From Thermodesulfobacteriota bacterium (GTDB lineage Bacteria; Desulfobacterota; GWC2-55-46; JAUVFY01), in the NCBI GenBank assembly GCA_036482575.1, contig JAZGJJ010000114.1:1-33079 (forward strand): a stretch of DNA of 33,079 bases. The letters run 5' to 3'. The first letter of the stretch is position 1, and every line of letters begins with the position of its first letter. Position numbers and translations under genes: made by a program. This document shows positions 7,422 to 15,847 of the stretch, in pieces. The notes beneath the pieces were generated by a model. It made no database searches. It saw only the letters and a list, made by a program, of their open reading frames with translations, and was not told where the DNA came from.

Positions 7422-7856
7422 TTACGAGGCGTACATGGAAGGGGTCTCATCGTACGTCTCGCCCGTGAAGTCTATCTTCCAGCTGTTCGACTCCTCGTCC
7501 ATCTCGAGATTTATGTCGGTCTGCGTTATGAAATAATCGTTGAACATCGAGGCTACCCTGTACTCTATGGTCACGACCGCTACGCCGTCTTCTACGGTGC
7601 TCCCGATTATCTTGACGTCCATGCCCTTGGGGTACTCCTTGACCATGTTCTTGAATATGTCTTCGTGCATCTCATAGTGCTTCTTGCTTATAAGCCTGTA
7701 TGCCTCGCCGAGCGTGGTGGTCCCGCCCTCCTCTACGTAGGCGTAGAACCTGGCAACCACTTCCTCGGGCGTCTCGGTGGGCTCTACGCCCCCCTTGCCG
7801 CAGGATACGACGGAGAGGGCCGCTATGAGCAGTATCGGAAAAAAACTCTTCAGCAA
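7422..7856 (-). CDS. Small lipoprotein, NTF2-like / DUF4878-like
   Basis: Lipobox LSVVS-C after a hydrophobic leader. TTG start with GAGGA SD. The family call is from overall resemblance only. Confidence 0.7.
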   Translation of the reverse strand: MLKSFFPILLIAALSVVSCGKGGVEPTETPEEVVARFYAYVEEGGTTTLGEAYRLISKKHYEMHEDIFKNMVKEYPKGMDVKIIGSTVEDGVAVVTIEYRVASMFNDYFITQTDINLEMDEESNSWKIDFTGETYDETPSMYAS

Positions 7857-7872
7857 ATTTTGTCCTCGCGGG

Positions 7873-7920
7873 TAAAAAAAATGTGTCCCGGCCGTTCAAC
7901 GGGAACGACCGGGACACATT
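7873..7920 (-). terminator. Strong rho-independent terminator after the NosZ-like gene
   Basis: Perfect 12-bp stem AATGTGTCCCGG (7880-7891) / CCGGGACACATT (7909-7920). The loop itself can pair (CGTTC/GAACG). A T-run follows on the minus strand (A-run 7874-7881 on plus). Confidence 0.85.
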
Positions 7921-7952
7921 ATTCTCATGCAAACACAGGGTAAAGCCCCCGG

Positions 7953-9665
7953 TTAGAACCGCTCTACGCGGGCCGGAGCCGTGATCACCCCTGGTTCAAC
8001 CAGTTCTCTATGCTGCTGGGCTTCCTCGTAGTCACCGGTTACCAGGTTGGCCTGGCCCTTGGGACCGTCCACGAAGAACGTAGCCCTCATCTCCAGATGC
8101 AGCGGGCCGCAGAAGTGCTGGCAGAATATCTCGTACTCGCCGGCATAGTCCGCGACGAACTCGCTCATGATCGACATGCCCCTGTTGGCCGTGAGGTTCG
8201 TCCTCAGGCCATACGGACCGTAGATGGTGAAGCCCATCTGTACGTCCGGGTTCTTGGTGATACCCGCGGCCTTGTCGATGTTGGTGACGATTATCCTCAC
8301 CTTGTCGCCCTTGTTGACCCTTATCTGCCTGGGTACGTAGCCGTAGCTGAAGGCCTTGACGTGGACTTCCTTCACGCCGCCCTTCTCGACTATACCGGGC
8401 TTCCCCTTGTCCCTGGGAAGTATGGTGACCTTCGCGCTACTGCGGTGGGACGGATGGACCTCGGTGATGGGCTTCTTTATCAAGTTGACCGCCTGCCCCA
8501 TGTCCCACTGCTTGATCTTGCTGGCGAAGATGACCTTGGCGTTGTGGGGCTCGCCGTCGACAGGTATTATCCTGAGCGTCCTGCCGTAGGTCGGGCTCTT
8601 CTCGTCCACGTCCAGCATCTCGTGGTTCACGGGCCAACGGATGCCCGTGGGGCTCCACAGCCCTGTGGAGAACTTGTTCAGGGCAAAGACCTTGGTGTCG
8701 TCGGCGCTTATGGCGATGTGCCCGATCCTGTAGTGAATCGGGAACTCGTCGGCCACCGCGAGCTTCTCGAGGTCTATCTTGACGACGGCGTCCGCGACGA
8801 AGCAACTCGTGTAGGAATACCTGCCATCGCTCCTGAAGACGTTGTGGAGCGGACCGGCGCCCGCCGGTATGACCTTCTTAACCGCCAGCTTGTCCACGTC
8901 GATTATGGTTACCGTCGCGGAGAGCTTGTCGGCGACCTGTACGTACCTTCCGGTCGGAGAGACGTTCGTGCCGTGGGGGTTCTTACCAACCGGTATTTCC
9001 TTTATGAGCTTGAAGGGGTTGGTGGAGAAGACACCCACTGTGGAGTGGTAGTAGTTGCCTGAGAATACCATCTCCTTCCTGCCGGGCTTGCTGACGTCGA
9101 GGTAGTCCGGGGCGCTGGGCGCCGGGCCCCAGTCGATGATCTGGGCCTTGCCGGTCGCTATCTCGATCTTGGCCATCTTACCGGTATACTCGCCGGTGCC
9201 GTAGAGGAACTTGCCGTCCTGGGACATCGATATGTGATGTACCCCGAACGGGAACGGCAGGCCTATCAACCTCTCGAGCGTTCCGAGCTGCAGGTTGATG
9301 ACGCCGATGGTGTTGGAGCCCTTGTCGTTGACGTACATATACCTGCCGTCGGGCTTGAGGTTCGAACCGCCGGCGTTGGTCGGAGCGCTGAACAGGTTCT
9401 CGTGAAGGTCCACACCCACCGGTATATGACGGTAGGTCCTCATGCTTGGGACACCGATTACAGCCACCGCGCCGTCGAGGCCGCCAGCGTTATAGAGAAG
9501 CTGGTCGTCCTTCAGCGGAGCATCGTTGGGGCTCTTTTCGGTAACGTGCCAGTCCCTCGCATCCTTCTTTGCGGCAAAGGTTGCATCGGGCGCACCCGCG
9601 AAAACCACGAGCGCTATGGCTGCTGACAATAGACTTATCTTAGTTACTCGCACGTTTCTAGTCAC
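7953..9665 (-). CDS. nosZ: Divergent nitrous-oxide-reductase (NosZ)-like protein: Sec signal, beta-propeller, C-terminal CuA cupredoxin domain
   Basis: The C-terminus IVTNIDKAAG...DVQMGFTI...YEIFCQHFCGPLHLEM carries C-x3-C-x3-H-x2-M (nt 8088-8123) and parallels the NosZ TNID...HGF...C.WFC..LH.EM region. Propeller motifs VHHISMSQDGK, GKNPHGTNVSPTGRY...KLSATVTIID, GAGPLHNVF and IHYRIGH resemble NosZ CuZ-ligand blades. No twin-arginine in the leader. GTG 9665 abuts the SD, so GTG 9653 is a plausible alternative start. Confidence 0.75.
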   Translation of the reverse strand: MTRNVRVTKISLLSAAIALVVFAGAPDATFAAKKDARDWHVTEKSPNDAPLKDDQLLYNAGGLDGAVAVIGVPSMRTYRHIPVGVDLHENLFSAPTNAGGSNLKPDGRYMYVNDKGSNTIGVINLQLGTLERLIGLPFPFGVHHISMSQDGKFLYGTGEYTGKMAKIEIATGKAQIIDWGPAPSAPDYLDVSKPGRKEMVFSGNYYHSTVGVFSTNPFKLIKEIPVGKNPHGTNVSPTGRYVQVADKLSATVTIIDVDKLAVKKVIPAGAGPLHNVFRSDGRYSYTSCFVADAVVKIDLEKLAVADEFPIHYRIGHIAISADDTKVFALNKFSTGLWSPTGIRWPVNHEMLDVDEKSPTYGRTLRIIPVDGEPHNAKVIFASKIKQWDMGQAVNLIKKPITEVHPSHRSSAKVTILPRDKGKPGIVEKGGVKEVHVKAFSYGYVPRQIRVNKGDKVRIIVTNIDKAAGITKNPDVQMGFTIYGPYGLRTNLTANRGMSIMSEFVADYAGEYEIFCQHFCGPLHLEMRATFFVDGPKGQANLVTGDYEEAQQHRELVEPGVITAPARVERF

Positions 9666-9715
9666 CTCCTCCTACTTTATATACTTCTATAACGTTCTAC
9701 CCCTGAGACACGACT

Positions 9716-9740
9716 CCGATATGCCTGACAGCCATATCGG
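9716..9740. promoter_or_regulatory. 25-nt near-perfect palindrome in the NosZ-like leader (operator or RNA hairpin candidate)
   Basis: CCGATATGCCTG-A-CAGCCATATCGG; 11 of 12 arm positions are complementary. It lies 51-75 nt upstream of GTG 9665. Confidence 0.4.
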
Positions 9741-9877
9741 GCCATTTCTCCTCGCGCTTCTCGTTTTTCTTACTGTCTGTCCTGGTGCTTTTTGTTGCCC
9801 TGTTGCACTGATTTACTGCCTCGTTCCCTTCCCCATTAGGCACTCCCCCCCCCAAAAGACAATAGCGGATAAGGTCA

Positions 9878-9906
9878 AGAGTAGACTATCGGACCAATGT
9901 TGTCAA
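9878..9906 (-). promoter_or_regulatory. Sigma70-like promoter of the NosZ-like gene
   Basis: On the minus strand: TTGACA (9906-9901), 17 nt spacer, TACTCT (9883-9878), preceded by a T8 tract (UP-like). This implies a leader of about 200 nt. Confidence 0.5.
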
Positions 9907-9955
9907 GAAAAAAAATGCGGCCCTCAAAAAAAAATTGGCGGGGGGGAAACTCCCC

Positions 9956-11419
9956 TCAGACCACCTCGTATTCCTCCTGGTGGAAGAGCTCCACGGGCTT
10001 TACCACGATCCTTTTTTTGAACTTCTTCTCGAGCTTCTCCACCACCCCGCCGGGGGCCCCCAAACGCTCGGAAATGACGGGGTTCGCGTAGACAAGGACC
10101 TTCCTCTTCCTCTGCGGGAGGTCCCTTAGGAGATCCCGGTATATCTCGGCCACGAGCGTATCCTTGTCCTTCACAAGCCCGTTCCCGTCGCAGTAGGGGC
10201 ACGGCTCGCAAAGGCCCTGGGCGAGGCTCTCCCTGACCCTCTTCCTGGTCATCTCCGCTATGCCGAGCTCCGATATCTTCAATATGTTGGTCCTGGCCTT
10301 GTCCGCCTTAAGCCCGTCCTTCAGGGCGTTATAGACCTTCATGCGGTTGGCAGTCCTGGCCATGTCTATAAAGTCTATGACGATTATGCCGCCTATGTTC
10401 CTGAGCCTTAAGTGGTAGACCACCTCGGCCACCGCCTCGAGGTTGGTCTTCAAAATGGTCTCCTCGGAGTTCTTCTTGCCCACGTACTTGCCGGTATTCA
10501 CGTCGATGGCCGTAAGCGCCTCCATCTGGTCTATCACCAGATGGCCGCCAGAGCGGAGCCAGACCTTCTTATCGAGTGCGGCCTCTATCTCCAGCTCTAT
10601 GCCGTGGGCGTCGAATATCGGCTCACTATCCTTATATAGCTCCACCCTCTTCCTGAGCGACGGCATAACCTCTTCGATGAACTCCACCGCCTTGGTGTAC
10701 TCGTCCACGGAGTCTATAACGAGCCTCTTTACGTCATGGGAGAAGACGTCCCTCACCATCCGGAGGGTCAGGTCGAGCTCTTCGTAGATGAGGGCCGGGG
10801 CGGACTGCTTCGCGGCCTTCTTCTGTATCCCCCGCCAGAGCCTCAGGAGGAACTCCATGTCCGCCTTTATGTCTTCCTTCCTGACCCCCTCGCAGACCGT
10901 CCTTATAATGAAGCCGACGCCGGGGGGCCTCAAGGACGCGACGATATCCCTCAGGCGCCTCCGCTCCTTCTCGTCCCCGATCCTGCGCGAGACCCCGACC
11001 CGGTCATAGGTGGGCATCAAGACCAGATGCCGCCCCGGAAGCGACACGTATGAGGTGAGCCTCGCCCCCTTGGTCCCCATGGGCTCCTTGGCCACCTGAC
11101 CCACCATCTCCTGGCCCTCCTTCAGGAGGTCCTGGATGCGGGAACGCGAAGACGAAGAGCCCCCTTTCTCCCCGTAGTCCAGGTCGTCCGGGGCCTCCCG
11201 GACGTCCTTTGCGTGCAGGAAGGCCGTCCTGTCGAGGCCCACTTCCACGAAGGCGGCCTGCATGCCCGGAAGCACCCTCATGACCTTGCCCTTGTAGACG
11301 TTCCCGGTGAGCCCCCGGTCCTTGCCCCTCTCGACGTAGAACTCCACCAGCCTGCCATCCTCGACTATGGCGGCCCTTATCTCAAGGGGGTTCGAATTTA
11401 TGATTATCTCTTTGTCCAT
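9956..11419 (-). CDS. rng: Ribonuclease G (Rne/Rng family)
   Basis: MDKEIIINSNPLEIRAAIVEDGRLVEFYVER..., S1 domain GNVYKGKVMRVLPGMQAAFVEVG, and 487 aa is typical of RNase G. Confidence 0.92.
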   Translation of the reverse strand: MDKEIIINSNPLEIRAAIVEDGRLVEFYVERGKDRGLTGNVYKGKVMRVLPGMQAAFVEVGLDRTAFLHAKDVREAPDDLDYGEKGGSSSSRSRIQDLLKEGQEMVGQVAKEPMGTKGARLTSYVSLPGRHLVLMPTYDRVGVSRRIGDEKERRRLRDIVASLRPPGVGFIIRTVCEGVRKEDIKADMEFLLRLWRGIQKKAAKQSAPALIYEELDLTLRMVRDVFSHDVKRLVIDSVDEYTKAVEFIEEVMPSLRKRVELYKDSEPIFDAHGIELEIEAALDKKVWLRSGGHLVIDQMEALTAIDVNTGKYVGKKNSEETILKTNLEAVAEVVYHLRLRNIGGIIVIDFIDMARTANRMKVYNALKDGLKADKARTNILKISELGIAEMTRKRVRESLAQGLCEPCPYCDGNGLVKDKDTLVAEIYRDLLRDLPQRKRKVLVYANPVISERLGAPGGVVEKLEKKFKKRIVVKPVELFHQEEYEVV

Positions 11420-11500
11420 AAGTTACGGATACACCACCGACCACTGGTACCGTGGTGGTGCCGTGGTCACGCCATGGGCCTGGCAACCGTACCGGGGACC

Positions 11501-14080
11501 TTAAAAAACGGTCCTGGTCTTGAGGATGGGAATGAGGGAGGCCTTTTCGGCCGGAAGGTTAAGGATATGCGCTACGACCTCGTGGGGCTTTACGCTTACC
11601 CCGTTTTCGATCCCGAGTCCAAGGGAGATGGTAAGGTCCCCCACATGGGAAATCTCTCCCACAAGGGGCCTTATATCGACTTCCTTTCGCTTTTTCTCCC
11701 TATCGAGGTGCAGTACTACGGAATCCATATCCAGAAAATCCCTCAAAATCCCATCAAGTCTTTTCGGCTCTATGTCCAAGCCCGCCGGGCCGTTTTTCAG
11801 AAATATAAGGAAGTTTTGCGCTCTCATAATAGCAGATAGGGAGGGGAGTTGCAAGGAAATATGCCTCCCCCCGGAAATCTTTATCCCTTCGGGCAGGGCG
11901 GCGTTAAACCGCTCCGCCACGGCCTCGACCGACAAGGGGACGCTGAGTTCGATATCCATGTACTCGTCGGCGCTTTCCACGCCCACGGGCAGCGGCGGGG
12001 AGAAGGCTATCTTCGGAAGAGGGTGGAACCCCCGTGAATAGCAGACCGGAAGCCCAGCCCTCCTTCCGGCCCTCGAGACGGCCTTTACAAGCTCCAGGTG
12101 GCCGAGGAACCTCATCTCCCCGGTCTTCGAAAATGATAGCCTGACCCTCGAACGTTCCTCCACGGCCAGCCTTTTTTTCCACTTCCCCTCCCCATCCCCC
12201 CGGTCCGGCCCGTCGGCAAAGAGCCTGTTCTTTATGAGCTTATGGTCGCATACCCCGCAGTCCGTGCACGGCCCGACCCTGCAGTCCGGGGTCTCCTCAA
12301 CGGAAAGGGACCTCTCCCTCTCCTCCAGGAGGAACTCCTTGGTCACACCCGGGTCGAGGTGGTCCCAGGGGAAGACCTCGTCGTCGGCCCGCCGCCTTTC
12401 GGTATAGAAGGCCATCTCGACCCCCACGGCGGAAAAAGCTTCATTCCAGGCCTCCCAGTCGAACTCCTCGCTCCAGCCGTCGAACCTGCAACCGGCCCTG
12501 AAAGCCTTTTCTATAACCGCCCCCAGCCGCCTGTCCCCCCTTGAGAAGACCCCTTCGAGAGTACTCATCCTCGCGTCGTGCCACTTAAAGCCGAGCCCGC
12601 GCTTCCTCGACTCCCTCTTTAGAAACTGGAGCCGCTCGACCGACGTCTTGAGCGGAAGCTGCGGCTCCCACTGGAACGGTGTAAAGGGTTTCGGGATGAA
12701 GGTCGCCGCACTCACGTTCACCTCAGGCGCCCCTCCCCTCCTCCTTCCCCCTCCCTCACCCCGGCCACCCCGGGCCCTGCGGCCCGCGTCCTTTACCTCC
12801 TTTGAGAGGCGTACGATCCCGGCGAGATCCTCCTCGGTCTCCGTGGGAAGGCCCATCATGAAGTAGAGCTTCATCGCCCGCCAGCCGAGAGAGAAAACCT
12901 CTTCGGCGCTGCGGATCAAGTCCGCCTCGTCGATACCCTTGTTTATAAGTTTCCGGAGCCTCTCGCTCCCGGCCTCCGGGGCGAGCGTAAAGCCGGTCTT
13001 CCTGACCTTCTTTATCTCCGAGGCCAGGGCCGTGCCGAGAGTACCTACCCTGAGCGACGGCAGGGACACCGCCACCCTCTCCTTTTCGAGCCGGTCCATG
13101 ATCGAGCACAGAAGCCCCTCTATGCACGAGTAGTCGCCCGTGCTGAGAGAGAGGAGCGAGACCTCTTCGTAACCGGTATTCTTAAGCGATTCGGTTATGA
13201 GCCTTACGATGCTTTCCGGGCTCCTCTCCCTCATGGGCCTTGTAATCATGCCTGCCTGGCAGAAGCGGCACCCCCTGGTGCATCCCCTGGAGACCTCGAC
13301 ACTCAGCCTGTCGTGTATGGTCCGGGGGAAGGGTACGACCGGCCTTACTGGCAACGGCAGCGCCTCGAGGTCCGGGGCCATCCTCTTCCCGACCCTGGAA
13401 TAGTCAGGGAAGAGCGGCTTAACCTCCCTTACGGTCGAGTCATCATTATATGCGGCCTCGAAGAACGACGGTACGTACACGCCACTCACCCCGGAGAGGG
13501 TCTTTAATATTTCTTCCCTCGACGCCCCGTTCTTTCTGCCCTCGATGACGGCCTCGGATATTTCGGTTACCGCCTCCTCTCCGTCGCCGAGGAGGAAGCA
13601 GTCGAAGAACTCGGCCACGGGCTCGGGGTTGAAGACGCACGGCCCGCCGCCTATGACGATCGGGTCGGCCTCTCCCCTCTCGCCTGCCTTAAGCGGTATG
13701 CCGCCGAGCTCGAGCATGTTCAAGACGTTGGTGTAGGAGAGCTCGTACTGGAGGGAGAAGCCCAGTATGTCGAACTCCCCCAGCGGCGTGCCGGACTCGA
13801 GGGTCACGAGCGGCAGCCCCTTCTCCCTCAAGAGCGCCTCCATGTCCTTCCACGGGGCAAAGACCCTCTCGCAGGCTATGTCCTCGTGAGAGTTCAGTAC
13901 CTGGTAGAGTATCTGTATGCCCAGATGGCTCATCCCCACCTCGTAGGTGTCCGGGAAGGCCATGGCGAACCGGAGGCTTACCTCCGCGGGGTCCTTCCTT
14001 ACGGAGTTGATCTCCCCGCCTATGTAGCGGCTGGGTCTCCTCACGAGCGGGAGATACTCTTTTATGTTATGAGTGGTCAT
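11501..14080 (-). CDS. B12-binding radical SAM protein fused to a DUF2344 (radical SAM-associated) domain, TIGR03960/TIGR03936-type
   Basis: CTRGCRFC (Cx3Cx2C). The C-terminal RVRLSFSKTGEMRFLGHLELVKAVSRAGRRAGLPVCYSRGFHPLPKIAF is DUF2344-like. Start moved to ATG 14080 (GAAGGAGAG SD; MTTHNIKEYLPLVRRPSRYIGGE). Confidence 0.9.
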   Translation of the reverse strand: MTTHNIKEYLPLVRRPSRYIGGEINSVRKDPAEVSLRFAMAFPDTYEVGMSHLGIQILYQVLNSHEDIACERVFAPWKDMEALLREKGLPLVTLESGTPLGEFDILGFSLQYELSYTNVLNMLELGGIPLKAGERGEADPIVIGGGPCVFNPEPVAEFFDCFLLGDGEEAVTEISEAVIEGRKNGASREEILKTLSGVSGVYVPSFFEAAYNDDSTVREVKPLFPDYSRVGKRMAPDLEALPLPVRPVVPFPRTIHDRLSVEVSRGCTRGCRFCQAGMITRPMRERSPESIVRLITESLKNTGYEEVSLLSLSTGDYSCIEGLLCSIMDRLEKERVAVSLPSLRVGTLGTALASEIKKVRKTGFTLAPEAGSERLRKLINKGIDEADLIRSAEEVFSLGWRAMKLYFMMGLPTETEEDLAGIVRLSKEVKDAGRRARGGRGEGGGRRRGGAPEVNVSAATFIPKPFTPFQWEPQLPLKTSVERLQFLKRESRKRGLGFKWHDARMSTLEGVFSRGDRRLGAVIEKAFRAGCRFDGWSEEFDWEAWNEAFSAVGVEMAFYTERRRADDEVFPWDHLDPGVTKEFLLEERERSLSVEETPDCRVGPCTDCGVCDHKLIKNRLFADGPDRGDGEGKWKKRLAVEERSRVRLSFSKTGEMRFLGHLELVKAVSRAGRRAGLPVCYSRGFHPLPKIAFSPPLPVGVESADEYMDIELSVPLSVEAVAERFNAALPEGIKISGGRHISLQLPSLSAIMRAQNFLIFLKNGPAGLDIEPKRLDGILRDFLDMDSVVLHLDREKKRKEVDIRPLVGEISHVGDLTISLGLGIENGVSVKPHEVVAHILNLPAEKASLIPILKTRTVF

Positions 14081-14263
14081 ATACTCTCCTTCTCTGCAAT
14101 CCCCGATTCCCGCCTCCGGCATGACAAAGCATAGATACCGGATCAAGCCTGTCGTGAGTTCATCGAACGGTCCGGTATGACAGAAATGTGTATGCGGTCT
14201 TCTGTAACGTTAGCAACATCTATTGCGGCCGATAGTTTCTAAATTTGAACCGCCCTCAGGGTG

Positions 14264-15847
14264 TTAGCAGACACCGCACCTGAAGCAGCTCCCCACCTCG
14301 CACGGGGGGGTGGTCTTACCTTCGAGCCCTCGTTGGTACTCGTCCCAGAGGTAGCCGCGTTCGAGGCCGTGGTCCACGACCTCCCAGGGGAAGGGCTCGT
14401 CAACACCCCTCTCCCTGTGGACGCACTCTTCGGCCAGGGGGGCAGGATGGTCGGCGGACCTAAGCGCGCGCCTGAGACCCACCTTCGAGGCCTCGGCTAT
14501 CACCCTCCCCGCCCTCCTGTCCGCCCTCGAAAGGTAGGCCTGCGCAAAGGCCTTCCGAACGGAGAGGGTTTTAACGTCGATACCCCCCTCTCTCTTGAGC
14601 ATCTCCTTTATAATGGAGTACCTCTTCTCTATCGTCTCGACCCTCTCGAAGGGGTGCCACTGGAACGGGGTAAAGGGTTTTGGCATAAAGGGGTTAATGC
14701 TGAGCGTCAGCTTACCCTTGCCCATGAGTTTCTTTAGCCTTAGAGAAAGCTCCCCTATGGCACGGGCGTCGGCGTCGGTCTCGGTCGGGAGCCCCACCAT
14801 GAAGTAGAGCTTCAGTTTCCTGAAACCCGCTTCCTTTACAAGTCTTATTGCTTCGTCTATCTCGCTGTCGCTTATATCCTTATTTACGACTCGCCTGAGT
14901 CTCTCCGTCCCGGCCTCCGGGGCGAGCGTAACGGTCCTGTAGCCGGCCTTCTTAAGGAGGTCGAGAAGCTCGGCATCGAGCATATCGAGCCGGAGTGAGG
15001 AGAGCGTCATCTCTCTACCCCCCTCTATCCCGAGCCTCAGGAGTTCTTTCAGGTGCGGGTACTCGGAGACCGCCGCCCCCACGAGCCCCACCTTGCCGCT
15101 TTCCCGAAAGCCCCTCTCCACGATCTCCTTAACCGGGCCGAGCTCCCTCATACGCGGCGGCAGATAGATAAAGCCCGCCGCGCAAAACCTGCATCCCCGG
15201 CCGCAGCCCCTCTCGACCTCCAGGAGCGTCGCGCTGCCGAACTCGGTTGCCGGGGTCAACACGACGCTTTCGGGCACGGGCGAGAGGTCGGTATCTGCCC
15301 TGGCCCTCGTTACCCTCTCCGGCGCGCCGGGGGCGGCCTTTATCGAGGCCACCCGTGGGCCGTCGTAGGTGAACTCATAGAGGGCCGGCACGTAGACTCC
15401 CTCTATCCCTGCGAGCGATTCAAGACCCCCTTCTTCCCCCCCCTGCCCCCCTTCCCCGACGGCTTCGATAAACGGCCCGACCATCCCCTCGGCCTCTCCT
15501 ATGAAGCAGAGGTCCATGAACTCGGCCACGGGCTCGGGGTTAAGGGATACGGCGCAGCCCCCTGCCATAACGAGCGGGTGGGCCCGGCCCCTCTCAATCG
15601 AGAAGAGCGGCACCCCGGCAAGCGCGAGTATGCGGGGGATGTTTATAAAGTCCTCCTCGAAAGAGACCGAGAAGGCGATTATGTCGAAGCGTTCGAGCGG
15701 GGTCTGCGACTCGAGGGAGAAAAGTTTTTCCCCGCTCTTTTCGAACTCCCGGAGCTCGTCCTTATCCGGCAGGAACGCCCTCTCGCACGCGCAGACCTCA
15801 AGGTCGTTAAAGAGCCGGTAGAGCGTCTGGAAGCCGAGGTTGCTCAT
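14264..15847 (-). CDS. B12-binding radical SAM protein, paralogue of 11501-14080 without DUF2344
   Basis: CGRGCRFC motif and a C-terminal CEVGSCFRCGVC. The conserved N-terminal strand (RVRVCLVYPNAYSLG) lies in frame upstream of ATG 15847, so the real 5' end is probably near 15970 (see findings). Confidence 0.85.
   Translation of the reverse strand: MSNLGFQTLYRLFNDLEVCACERAFLPDKDELREFEKSGEKLFSLESQTPLERFDIIAFSVSFEEDFINIPRILALAGVPLFSIERGRAHPLVMAGGCAVSLNPEPVAEFMDLCFIGEAEGMVGPFIEAVGEGGQGGEEGGLESLAGIEGVYVPALYEFTYDGPRVASIKAAPGAPERVTRARADTDLSPVPESVVLTPATEFGSATLLEVERGCGRGCRFCAAGFIYLPPRMRELGPVKEIVERGFRESGKVGLVGAAVSEYPHLKELLRLGIEGGREMTLSSLRLDMLDAELLDLLKKAGYRTVTLAPEAGTERLRRVVNKDISDSEIDEAIRLVKEAGFRKLKLYFMVGLPTETDADARAIGELSLRLKKLMGKGKLTLSINPFMPKPFTPFQWHPFERVETIEKRYSIIKEMLKREGGIDVKTLSVRKAFAQAYLSRADRRAGRVIAEASKVGLRRALRSADHPAPLAEECVHRERGVDEPFPWEVVDHGLERGYLWDEYQRGLEGKTTPPCEVGSCFRCGVC

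Noticed and set aside
9677-9745. 22-codon mini-ORF (MARYGCQAYRSRVSGVERYRSI) in the NosZ-like leader
   Set aside because: It is too short to call as a gene. The SD spacing is only 2-3 nt. I mention it as a possible leader peptide but do not annotate it as a CDS.
14135-14178. 8-bp inverted repeat ATACCGGA ... TCCGGTAT (28-nt spacer) and the direct repeat TGTCAT(A/G)CCGGA in the spacer between the two radical SAM genes
   Set aside because: The stem is short with a large loop. No U-tract or recognisable promoter is associated with it. It may be a leader structure, but I cannot support that.
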